DNA of 63,566 nt, filler included, from Reclinomonas americana ATCC 50394 (taxonomy: Eukaryota): the NCBI GenBank assembly GCA_048213135.1. It is 9 parts of 9 records of this genome, joined end to end, with 100 filler letters (N's around TTAATTAATTAA, not from the genome) between each part and the next. Parts side by side here need not be neighbours in the genome. Positions count along the whole stretch, not along the records: positions 1 to 12,864 come from AFZH01021137.1; 8 more parts are not named here. One strand, 5' to 3'. Of this stretch, positions 1 to 12,400 are shown one piece after another. Under the pieces are notes generated by a model. It was not told where the DNA came from, ran no database searches, and saw nothing but the letters and a program-made list of their open reading frames with translations. Within the stretch, counting starts at the first letter, position 1. Every line of letters begins with the position of its first letter. The position numbers were made by a program, and so were the translations under genes.

Positions 1-166
1 CGGTACCGGTACCGTACCGTACGTACGTACGTACCGTACCGTACGTACGTACGTACGTACGTACGTACGTACGTACGGTACGGTACGGTACGGTACGGTA
101 CGGTACGGTACGGTACGGTACGGTACGGTACGGTACGGTACGTACGTACGTACGTACGTCGTCGTC

Positions 167-232
<66 letters not shown>

Positions 233-250
233 CACTCACTCACTCACTCA
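1..250. repeat. Simple repeats (GTAC)n/(CGGTA)n, then (CT)n and (CACT)n
   Basis: Directly visible. It lies in the intron that is CT-rich in the other paralogs (e.g. 6744-6813). Confidence 0.9.
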
Positions 251-266
251 TCAACCACGCACACAG

Positions 267-3200
267 TGTTGCCGGTCTCGCCATCGACCAAACCACGGGA
301 ACCATGTATGTCGCCGACGTGAGTGTGTGGCGGCGTGCATGAATCACGGTTGATGCATTCTGCTGACTCCAACTCTGTGCGCGTATGTTCCTCTCCCACA
401 GTTGACGAACCACGCTGTGCGTGCCGTCACTGCAGGAGCTGCTGTCACCACACTGGCGGGAAACGGAGCGTCGGGGAGTGCCAATGCCACGGGTGCAGCC
501 GCCTCTTTCAACAAACCTGTGGGAGTGGCGGTGGATGCCACGAACCAGGTGGTGTATGTGGGCGACTGGAACAACAAAAGCATTCGGCGAGTGACCTATG
601 CTGGTGCGGTGACAACCTTTTGTGGCTCGGCTGGCGCGAGTGGCACTGCCGATGGCGCGTGTGCTGGAGCGGCGCGGTTCGGTGGTCCCAACGGCGTGCT
701 TCTCGTTGGAACCACACTGTATGTTGGTGAGTGCTGTGAGAGGGAAAGCACTGGGATGCCCTTCCTCCCATCCTCATCCTCCCCACCTGCGTGTGTGTCT
801 GAGTGCAGCCGACCGCGTGAACAATTCCATCCGCGCCATCGACACGGTGGCGATGACGGTGACGACGGTGGCGGGGTCAACGAGCGGCACGTCAGGATCC
901 ACAGATGCCACCGGTGAGTTTATCATCATGTGCAACCTCATGTGATCCATTTCATTCATGCTGAAAGATGACTCCAGGAACGGCCGCCCGCTTCAACACA
1001 CCTGTGGGTATGGCATACGACGCAGGAAACAATGTCATCTATGTTGCCGATGTTGAGTACCTCCGCACACTCTGAGCGTTTCGCTTCTTGATTCTCAATG
1101 CCTTGTGCTCGACGCAGTCCGGCAACAATACTGTGCGTCAACTCCGAGTGTCAGACTCGTCAGTGTCAACGATTGGCGGCGCGGCGGGTGTGAGTGGCAC
1201 AGCCGATGGCAGTGCTCTGACCGTGGCACGCTTTTGGACACCCCACAACGTCGCGTTCGATGCATCGACGGCGTCTGTGTTGGTTTCCGACTTCAATAAT
1301 CACACCATCCGTCGCCTCTCGCTGGCGTCGCAATCAGTGTCGGCCACACCCGCCACCGCCACTGGCTCCCTCGCCACCTCCATCACCGCTTCACTGACTG
1401 GATTGATGAGCAACTGGACGTACTACTATCGCGCCGTCGGTGTCACCTCCACACCCAGCACCATCAACGGCTCTACTGTGTCGTTCAGCACCACCACGAA
1501 TGTGGCTCCGACCGACATTAGCTGCTCGTCGACGACGTATGTGTCGCCGTCGGTGGCGAATCAAGTCGTTTGTGCGCTACAGACGACGGATGCCAACACT
1601 GGCCAGTCATTCACGTACTCGATTGTCGGTGGCGCCAACAGCGCAGTGTTCTCGATCAGCGGACAGTCGCTGGTGATTGTGGCGGCGGGGCAGGCGGGCA
1701 TCTCGCTGGCGGTGACGATCAGGTCGACGGACAACGGAACGCCTGCGCTGTTCTTCGACAAGGCGTTCACCATCACCACCGGTGAGGCTCTCTCTCTCTC
1801 CTACTTCTCATCTCTTTCCCTGCTGTGCTGTGCCGGTCACTCACAATATTCCTCTTGCTACCACAGCCAATCAATCGCTGGCCACGCTGGTGGCCAACAG
1901 TGTGACAACATCGTCGGCGACATTGAATGCAGTGGTGGGCAACTCTGTGGCCGCCTCGACTATGAGCAATTCATTCGAGTGGGCACCCTCGGCGGCTGCA
2001 TTTGGTGTGACGCCAGCGGTGTCGACATGGCTTGGCACGGCGGGCATGGCGGGAACAACGGATGGCACTGGCAGTGCTGCTCTTTTCAACATGCCGATTG
2101 TGAGTATCTCGCCCCTCTCGTCGGTGACTGCTCTGCTCATGGTTGTGACGACTGGCAGAGTGTTGCGGTTGATGCTTCAGGTACTGCGTTTGTGTGCGAT
2201 CAGCAAAGCCACACAATTCGACGAGTGACGGTCGGAGGTGTGGTGTCGACATTTCTGGGAACGGCGGGAGTGTCGGGCTTTGTCGATGGGATCGGTTCCG
2301 TGGCGCGGTTTAACGGTCCCGCTGGTCTATCGATCGACTCAGCCACGGGGTATTTGTACATCGCTGATGTTGTGTTTCACCGTAAATAAGCAAGTCGGCA
2401 GTCTGTCAGGAATCACTGATACAATGTCAACAGGTCAACAACCACTCGATCCGTGTCAGTACTCCTTCTGGCTCTGTATTAACGCTGGCTGGCAACGGGT
2501 CAGTTGGCACGGCGAACGGCACCGGATCGAGCGCGAGATTCAACTCACCTCACGGCATTGTGGTTGATTCGCTCAATAGAGTGATGTACGTGGGTGACTG
2601 GCAGAACAATGCTGTCAGAAAGGCGCGTGCGTTCGTTACTGTACTGCCTGTGCCAGTGAACTCACGTTCTGGTCTTACCTCTACGCAGGTCACATTCGGT
2701 GGCGAGGTCACCACGTACTGTGGCACGATTGGCTCGCCGGGTACAGTTGACGGCGCATGTGCAACAGCACAATTTGGAGGACCCAACGGTGTGGCTGTGG
2801 ACACGACGGCCAATCGGCTGTACGTCGGTGCGTGTGTGCTTGTAAGATTATTGCGATTCATTGCGTTGTGAAACATGCACTCACCCTCTGGAGATGAGCA
2901 GCTGATCGAAGTCGCCACAACATTCGTGTGATCGACATGCTGGCGATGACTGTGTCGACTCTGGCCGGTTCCCCTACTGGAGTTTCAGGATCGACAGATG
3001 CCACTGGCACTGCTGCTCTTTTCAGCACGCCAACTGGTATTCAGGTGGACCGAGGCCGAGGTGTTCTTTATGTGGCAGATGTTGCGTTTGCATACAACTG
3101 GCAGTTTTCATGTGCATCGCCTTGCCCACCATTTGCATAGAGGAGTGGCCCGATAGTTCGTCAAATTGTTATCAGCACGGGTGCTGTCACAAGAATTGCC

Positions 3201-5899
3201 GGCGCGGCCGGAGTCGGGGGCACGGCAGATGGTGATCCACTTCTTGTCGCTAGGTTCAATGGCCCGGTATACCCTGCCCCGTGTTGTCACATTTGCGATG
3301 GTGACAACCTCTCAACCCGTGGGTGCAGGCTTATATGTCGTACCACTCCGCATCTTCCACGTTGTATATCGCAGGTGCGTGCGTGATTGCCAGCGGATTC
3401 TGCAAATGCCGCTCGTTCTGTGTCTCATCAATCTTTTCTTCAGATTTTAACAATCACACCATCCGCCGACTCACCATCGGCTCCGCCACCATCACGGCCA
3501 CACCGGCCGTCTCTGGCGTCGCCTCCAGCACCACCCTCACCGCGTCGCTCACCTCACTTGCCGCCAACTGGACGTACTACTTCCGTGCCATCTCCACGTC
3601 CACTGTGCCGAGCACCCTCACCGGTTCCACTATTTCCTTCACCACCTCCAACTCGGCACCGACCGACATTGCGTGTACCGGAACGACAATGTACGTGGCC
3701 CCGTCGACGGCCAACGCCGCTCTGTGTACAATGAGCACCAGTGACAGTGACGGTGGCCAGTCGTACACGTATGCGGTCAGCGGCGGAGCGAACGGCAACT
3801 TGTTTGCGGTGAGCGCTGGTGCACAGCTGCAGATCTCGTCGGCGGGACAGTCGGGCAGTCCTCTTCTGGTGACGATTCGCTCGTTCGATGATGGCACGCC
3901 GCCCATGTTTGTCGACAGGTCGTTCAGCGTGACGGCTGGTGAGTGATAGTTGAGAGAGGTTGTTGAGCATCTATGTCGCGCATGCTGATGTTGATTGCCT
4001 TTGTCACAAAACACGCAGCACCCGCTGTGGTATCTCTGTCGACCACCTTTGTATCGGCACTTGCTGGCCAGCTGGTGACACTGACGGGAAATTGGTTGCT
4101 GGACAACTCGGCTGATGCAGCCGCGTATGTGTTGGCCACTCCTCGATGTGGCGCCACGACGCCGCCGACTGCCGTGGCCAGCACCACCATCAGCAGTGCA
4201 TTCGGCAACTCGACCAGCGTGACGCTGACGATTGGAGCGGCGGGTGCAGCTGGTGGCACGTACGAGCTGTGCGCACGATGGACGCCGACCAGCGCTTATG
4301 TGGCGGTGTCCGCATTCGCCATTGGTGAGGGGAGAGAGAGAGAGAGAGGGCAGAGAATTCGAGCTCTCTTCTTGCGTATCTTCGTCTGAACCACATGCGC
4401 AGGAAATGTTGCGCCGAGTGACATTTTGCTGTCGGGACCGCAAACGTACTCGAGTGCGACGGTGCCATTCACGGTGGGCACACTGAGCATGGTGGATCTC
4501 AACACGGGACAGACGTCTACATTCAGCATTGTGGGTGGCATGCATGCGGCTCTTTTCAGCATCGTGGGCGGCAATCAGCTGACGATCTCGGTGGCTCCGC
4601 CGCTGAGTCGGCGACTGCAAGTGTTTGTGCAAGTGAGCGACGGGGCGCTGACGTACACCAAGCAGTTCACGATTGCGTATGGTGCGTGGGTGGGGAAGGG
4701 AGGAGACGGGAAGGGAGGTAGGAAAGATGAAGAGGAATAGTTAGGCGGTTGGCACTTTGCGTCTGAGTGTGTTTGGTGCCGATCAGTGGATACAAGGGTC
4801 GCTCTGGGAGGGCAGCAATATTATGAGTTGAGGGAGAAGAATGCAGGGCCGAATTATCAGGGGTGGAGAGGAGTGAGCGATCGCACACTCGTGTTGGTGG
4901 GTGTGCGTTTATATTGCTCGCTTGATACAGAACGCAGTTGAGAGAGAGAGAGAGAGAGGTGCACGCTGCTTGTTGTCGTCTTGCTTGCTCGCTATCTCAA
5001 GCGTCACTGATTGTTCCTTTGCACGTACAATTAGAACTACGTCTCCGCAGCGTTCTTTTGTTTATTGTGCTCGTCTCTGCGACTGCGAATGGCGCTGACG
5101 ATGATTGGGTTCGTGTGCAGCATCGAATGCAGGTTGCTCCACGGTGCAGAATGGGGTGGTGGCTCGTTGCGTTGCTTGTTCTTGAGTGCGAGACATCATC
5201 TGTCTTCTCACTCTCCATCACATCGAGAGCAGCGGCGTTGGAAGTGTGCCAGTTCGAGGCAGTGGATCGACCTGGCGGCACGGTCTTGGCCGCCATCCTC
5301 GCCGTTCGAAGCGAGGTGGCGTGCTGCGAAGCGTGCGACCGTTCCACACAGTGTCGATCGTGGACATTTCTGGATGCTGCTGCGGCGTCGAACACGTACG
5401 GCGCGAGTGTGTGCACACTGAAGGCACGTGATCGAGAGAGGAGGGAGATTGTGAGGGGAGTGATAAGCTCACTATCTGTCTTGTGTTACCTGCAGAGCAC
5501 CGTGCCAGCAGCAACAGCGAATGCAGAGACCAGCAATGTGTGTGGCTCGCATTTCTGCTTGGTATCGGGACGCAAGACGAGTGCAGCGGCGTATGACAGC
5601 AGCGGGTTCCAGACCAGCACGGGTGAGTTGCTGGAATGCTCTTCGCTCAGATGAAGGAGAATCGTGACTGATGTGGTTGCTTGCATGCAGATCGACCTGG
5701 CGGCGATCTCACGTGGGCCATCACCACCGCAAGTGGACCACAAGCGTGCTCGCTGTGGTGCTCTCAGTTGACCGCCTGCGGATCATGGACATTCACGGCG
5801 TCGACAAGGCAGTGTGTGCCGAAGAGCGGCGTGGTGGCCACGTCGGTATGGACGGCATGTGCGATGAGTGGGGACTGCACGTCGGGGTTGAAGATTTGA
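267..5899 (+). CDS. NHL-propeller/FN3/cadherin-like/PAN protein, copy A (5' partial, multi-exon)
   Basis: Spliced exons give NHL blades (GVAVD..YVGDWNN..IRRV), FN3 halves (SATLNA..SFEW / LTGLMSNWTYYYRA..VSFST), cadherin-like repeats (APTDI..TTDAN.GQSFTYSIVGG..FSISG..IRSTDNG..FDKAFTI) and two PAN/apple domains (DRPGG..CC..C....CRSWTF). Stop is TGA at 5897-5899. Confidence 0.85.
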
Positions 5900-5916
5900 G
5901 TGAAGCTGGATTATTA

Positions 5917-5926
5917 TTTGGCGCCA
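5917..5926. promoter_or_regulatory. Candidate promoter element TTTGGCGCCA (E2F-like) in the A-B spacer
   Basis: Conserved in all three spacers that precede an ATG. Perfect palindrome TTTTGGCGCCAAAA at 56070-56083 and 62248-62261. Absent after terminal copy B. Confidence 0.4.
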
Positions 5927-5972
5927 GAATTGGAGTTCCAACCGTTTCCGCGTTGCGTGAGTGCATGCGCAA

Positions 5973-8900
5973 ATGCGCCTGTCTCACTCGCGCACACCCC
6001 GACTCGCTGTGGCACGCACACTCTTGTGTGTGACAGCGATCGTCCACTTGCTCATCCTCTCCATCGCCGTCCCTGCGAGTTGCGTGTGAGGGGGGCAGTG
6101 TGGGCGCTTATGCATGTATCTTATGCGCCGCTGTGTGTCTCGTTCGACTCTCACTCACGCATAACACGCACACTCGACTCTTCTCTCCATGCGCGCCACA
6201 GACGCCCAGACAGTCACTACCGCCGTTGCCAACAACATCACTGGCACCTCTGCCACTCTCAATGCATGGGTCAATCCCAACAATGTCGTTGGCGGCACCA
6301 CCAACTCTTTCGAGTGGTCCCCCTATGCTGCTGCCATTGGTATCTCTTCGGCCACAGTCGCCACCTTTGCGGGCACGGCGGGCACCTCGGGAACGACGGA
6401 TGGCGTTGGCACAAGTGCAAAATTTAACACGCCAATGGTTTGTGCGCGAAAGGTGACCCTGCTGTGCACTTTCGCTGACACAATGCGTGTGTGCTCTCCA
6501 CAGGGACTGGCCTTTGATGCGATGGGCAACATGTACGTGGGCGATTACGGGTTTGTCATGCACGCACTCATATCACTCTTCCTGTTTTCTGTCGATTGTT
6601 GATTCGTCACTTCTCTCTCTCACATGCGATGATGGCAGCAACTGTCGCATTCGGCGAATCACGCCTGCAGCCACAGTGACCACCTTTGCTGGCACAGCAT
6701 GCGGCCTGCTTGATGGCACAGGAGTGGCTGCTCAGTTCAAAAAGTGCGCTCCTGTCCTGCTCTCTCTCTCTCTCCCTCCCTCCTCTCTCTCCCTCATGCA
6801 CACACCCACACAGTGTTTCCGGTCTCGCCATCGACCAAACCACGGGAACCATCTATGTCGCCGACGTGAGTGTGTGGTGGCGTGCATGAATCACTCTTGA
6901 TTGCCACACACATTCTGCTGACTCTTGAATCTGTGCATCTCTCTTCCAGATGTGGAACCACGCTGTGCGTGCCGTCACTGCGGGAGCAGCTGTCACTACA
7001 CTGGCTGGAAACGGAGCGTCGGGGAGTGCCAATGCCACGGGTGCAGCCGCCTCCTTCAATCTGCCTGCCGGAGTGGCGGTGGACTCCGCGAACCAAGTGG
7101 CGTATGTGGGCGACTGGAACAACAACACTGTGCGGCGAGTGACCTATGCCGGCGTGGTGACAACCTTTTGTGGCTCCACGGGCGCGAGTGGCACCGCCGA
7201 TGGTGCGTGTGCTGGAGCGGCGCGGTTCGGTGGTCCCAACGGCGTGCTGCTCGTCGGAACCACGCTGTATGTTGGTGAGCGCTGTGTGATAAGGAGCACT
7301 GAGATGCCCTTCCTCCCATCCTCATCCTCCCCACCTGCTTGTGTGTCTGAGTGCAGCCGACCGCGTGAACAATTCCATCCGCGCCATCGACACGGTGGCG
7401 ATGACGGTGACGACGATGGCGGGGTCAACAAGCGGCACTTCAGGATCCACGGATGCCACCGGTGAGTTTATCATCATGGGCAACCTCATGTGATCCTTTT
7501 CATTCATGCTGAAAGATGACTCCAGGAACGGCCGCCCGCTTCAACACGCCTGTGGGACTGGCATACGACTCGGGAAACAATGTCATCTACATCGCCGATG
7601 TTGAGTACCTCCGCACACTCTGAGCGTTTCGCTTCTTGATTCTCAATGCCTTGTGCTCCACGCAGTCCGCCAACAACACTGTGCGGCAACTCCGAGTGTC
7701 AGACTCGTCAGTGTCGACGATTGGCGGCGCGGCGGGTGTGAGTGGCACAGCTGATGGCAGTGCTCTGACCGTGGCACGCTTTTGGACACCCCACAACGTC
7801 GCGTTTGATGCATCGACGGCGTCCATGCTGGTTACCGATTACACCACGCACATTATCCGTCGCCTCTCGCTGGCGTCGCAATCGGTGTCGGCCACACCCG
7901 CCGCCGCCACTGGCTCCCTTGCCACTTCCATCACTGCCTCATTGATTGGATTGATGAGCAACTGGACGTATTACTATCGCGCCGTCGTTGTCACCTCCAC
8001 ACCCAGCACCATCAACGGCTCTACTGTGTCATTCACCACCACCACCAACGTGGCTCCCACCGACATTAGCTGCTCGTCGACGACATACGTTTCGCCGTCG
8101 GTGGCGAATCAGGTCGTGTGTGCTCTACAGACGACGGACGCGAATGCTGGCCAGTCATTCACGTACTCGATTGTCGGTGGCGCCAACAGCGCAGTGTTTT
8201 CGATCAGCAGGCAGTCGCTGGTGATTGTGGCGGCGGGGCAGGCTGGCAGCTCGCTGGCGGTGACGATCCGGTCGACAGACAACGGATCGCCGCCGCTGTT
8301 CTTCGACAAGGCGTTCACCATCACCACAGGTGAGGCACCCTCTACCTTCTTCTTCATTTCTTTTCCCTACTGTGTTGTGTTGGTCATTTATGATGTTCCT
8401 CTTGCTTGTTGATGCGTCACAGCCACCCAATCGCTGGCCACGCTGGCGGCCAGCAGCGTGACCACGTCGTCGGCGACATTGAATGCAGTGGCGGGCAACT
8501 CTCTGGCCGCCTCGACAATGAGCAGCTCGTTTGAGTGGGCACCAACAACGGCTGCCTTCGGTGTGACGCCTGCGGTGTCGACATGGGTGGGCACGGCGGG
8601 CATGACTGGCTCAACAGATGGCACGGGTAGTGCTGCTCGTTTCAACAGACCGGTTGTATGTATCCGCCACTTTCGCCCTCTCGTCGATAGCTGCTCTGCT
8701 CAGTGTTGAGGCGACTGGCAGAGTGTTGCGATCAACGCATCGGGTACTGCGTTTGTGTGCGATCAATTCAATCACACAATTCGACGAGTGACGAGTGGCG
8801 GAGTGGTGTCGACGTTTCTGGGAACGGCAGGAATGTTGGGCTTTGTCGATGGGATCGGCGCCGCTGCGCGGTTTAGCTCGCCCGCTGACTTATCGGTTGA

Positions 8901-9420
8901 TTTGACCACGGGATATTTATACATTGCTGATGTTTCGTGGTGTCCTTTTGATTAGTGCACCTCGAGGGTGATATTCTCACTTGCGCGCTTTCCAGCAATT
9001 AAATCATTCGATCCGTGTAAGTACTCCTTCTGGCTCAGTGTCAACGCTGGCTGGCAACGGATCTCTCGGTGCTGCGAACGGCACCGGATCAAGCGCGAAG
9101 TTTAACGTTCCACACGGCATTGTGGTTGATTCTTTGAACAGAGTGATGTTTGTTGGCGACTGGAGCAACGTGGCTGTGAGAAAGGTGTGGCATCGCTTAA
9201 TACGTTGCATTCCTCTAGCAAATCATTGATCCTTCTGCCAGGTTACATATGGCGGCGAGGTCACCACCTACTGCGGTACGATTGGCTCGTCTGGTACAGT
9301 TGACGGTGCATGTACGCCCACAGCACGGTTTGGTGGACCAATTGGTTTGGCACTGGATTCAACAACCAATCGGCTGTACGTCGGTGCGTGCGTGCGTGCG
9401 TGCGTGCGTGCATGTGTGTG

Positions 9421-9461
<41 letters not shown>

Positions 9462-12400
9462 GCGTTTTGGAAGATCCTTCGACCAAGTATACTGACTTGG
9501 TCGAGCAAATTGGGAAGCTGATCGAGATCGTAACAACATTCGTGTGATTGACATGCTGGCGATGACGGTGTCGACTCTGGCCGGTTCGCTTACTGGAGCT
9601 GCAGGATCGACAGATGCTACTGGCACTGCTGCTCTATTTAGCACTCCAGTTGGCGTCCAGGTGGACCGAGGCCGAGGTGTTCTCTATGTGGCAGATGTTG
9701 CGTTTCGCGATTACCTGGCAGTTTTTCATGTGCATCACCTTACCCACTACATGCATAGAGGAATGGTCACACTATTCGTCAAATTGTTATCAGCACGGGT
9801 GCCGTCACAAGAATTGCCGGCACGGCTGTAGTCGCGGGCACAGCAGATGGCGATCCACTCCTTTCCGCCAAGTTCAATGGCCCGGTATGCCCTGCCCCGT
9901 GTTGTCACTTTTGCGATGGTGACAACCTCTCAACCCGTGGGTGCAGGCTTATATGTCGTACCACTCCGCGTCATCCACGCTGTACATCGCAGGTGCGAAG
10001 TCTCCATCAAGTTGTGCGATCGTCGCTCTCTCTGTGTCTCATCATTTCTCTCATTAGATTACGGCAATCACACCATCCGCCGACTCACCATCGGCTCTGC
10101 CACCATCACGGCCACTCCGGCCACCTCCGGCGTCGCCTCCAGCACTACCCTCACCGCGTCGCTCACCTCACTTGCCGCCAATTGGACGTACTACTTCCGT
10201 GCCATCTCCACGTCCACTGTGCCGAGCACTCTCACCGGTTCTACGATGTCCTTCACCACCTCCAACTCGGCACCGACCGACATTGCCTGCTCTGCCACGT
10301 ATGTCGCACCATCAACTGCCAGCATGGCTGTATGCACGATGAGCACCAGCGACGGTGATGGGAGCCAGTCGTACACGTACATTATCACCGGCGGAGCAAA
10401 CAACAGCGTGTTCTCCCTCGGTGGCGGCGGTGCGCAGCTGCAGATCACGTCGGCGGGACAGTCGGGTAGTCCATTGGCCATCACGATTCGCTCGTTCGAC
10501 AATGGCACGCCGCCCATGTTCTTCGACAAGTCATTCAGTGTGATGTCGGGTGAGTGATGTCGATTAAGAGTACTTTATCTTTTCGGTGTGGATGCTGAGC
10601 ATGTTTTTGCGCAGTGAATAATGCACCGACGGCGGTAACGCTGAGTGCGAGCTCGTACATTCCGCCCAGCACGGTGGGTCTGGCGATTGGCACGATGAGC
10701 ACGAGTGACGTGGACTCGCAGCAGTCGTTCACGTATTCGGTGGTGGGAGGTGCCAGCAGCGCGTTGGTGACGATTGTGTCTGGGAACCAGCTGCAGTTTG
10801 TGACTGCGAATGTTACAACGTCGCTGGTGGTGATTGTGCGCACGACCGACAATGGCAATCCTGCCATGTCATTCGATCAGACGCTCAACATTGCTGGTTG
10901 CGTGTTGTTCTGACTGTGTGAAGTTGTGATGCAACAAGATGCTGAATTCCTCGCATGCAGCACCCGCTGTGGCATCTATGTCGGCCACGTTTGTGTCGGC
11001 ACTGGCTGGCCAGTTGATAACACTTACGGGTACTGGATTGCTGAACAACTCGGCTGATGCAGCCGCGTACGTGTTGGCCACTCCTCGATGTGGCGCCACG
11101 ACGCCGCCGACTGCCGTGGTCAGCACCACCATCAGCAGCGCATTTGGAAGTGCGACCAGCATCACGTTGACGATTGGAGCGGCGGGTGCAGCTGGTGGCA
11201 CGTACGAGCTGTGCACTCGATGGTTGTCTGCCAAGGGATATGTGGCGGTGTCGGCATTCGCGATTGGTGAGGGGAGAGAGAGACAGGGCAGAGAGAATTC
11301 AAGCTCTCTTCTTGCGTGTCGTCGTCTGAACAGCATGTGCAGGAAATGTGGCGCCGAGTGACATTCTGCTGTCAGGACCGCAAACGTACTCGAGTGCTAC
11401 AGTGCCATTCACCGTGGGCACACTGAGCATGGTGGATCTCAACACTGGACAGACGCCGACATTCAGCATTGTGGGTGGCATGCAGGCGGCTCTGTTCAGT
11501 CTGGTGGGCGGCAATCAGCTGACGATCTCGGTGGCTCCGCCTCTGTATCGCCGACTGCAAGTGTTTGTGCAAGTGAGCGACGGGGCGTTGACGTACACCA
11601 AGCAGTTCACGATTGCGTATGGTGCGTGGGTGGGGAATGGAGGTGAAAGAGAAAGGAAGGGGGACGGGACTGTATGATTGCTGTCGCCCTCTTTTCTCCT
11701 GTGAAGCTGCACATCGGTGGGCGTGAGTGGTTGGTGCTGAGAATTGGTGGGTGCTTGTGCAGTTTGGGGCGCAGGTTGCACGACGGTGCAGAATGGGATG
11801 GTTGCTCGTTGCGTAGCTTTTGCATGAGATGTTGACGTGCGAGCCGTCATCAGTTGTCTCACTCTCCATCACATCGAGAGCAGCGGCGTTGGAAGTGTGC
11901 CAGTTCGAGGCAGTGGATCGACCTGGTGGCACGATCCTGGCTGTGATGCCGTCTGTCGCAAGCGAGGTCGGATGCTGCGAAATGTGCGATCTGTACTCAC
12001 AGTGTCGATCGTGGACATTTCTGGATGCTGCTGCGGCGTCGAACACATCTGGAGCAAGTGTGTGCACACTGAAGGCACGTGATCGAGAGAGGAGGGAGAT
12101 TGTGAGGGGAGTGATAAGCTCACCGTCTACGTGTGTTGCATACAGAGCACCGTGCCAGCAGCAGCAGCGAATGCAGAGACCAGCAATGTGTGTGGCTCGC
12201 ATTTCTGCTTGGTATCGGGACGCAAGACGAGTGCGGCTGCATACGACAGCAGCGGGTTCCAGACCAGCACGGGTGAGTTGCTGGAATGCTCTTCGCTCAG
12301 ATGAAGGAGAACGGTGACTGATGTGGTTGGTTGCTTGCATGCAGACCGCCCTGGCGGCGATCTCACGTGGGCCATCACCACCACGAGTGGACCACAAGCG

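Noticed and set aside
1..170. (CGGTA)n/(GTAC)n as a telomere or CRISPR-like array
   Set aside because: Mixed units with no spacers, lying in an intron position at the window edge. More likely a microsatellite or assembly slippage.
4938..5654. PAN region as an independent gene starting MGWWLVALL
   Set aside because: That frame is broken in copies B and C, whereas the 33-nt micro-exon frame is conserved and phase-links to the cadherin exon.
5897..5899. TGA read-through or recoding joining copies into one giant protein
   Set aside because: A separate in-phase signal-peptide exon with its own ATG follows each stop, so no recoding is needed.
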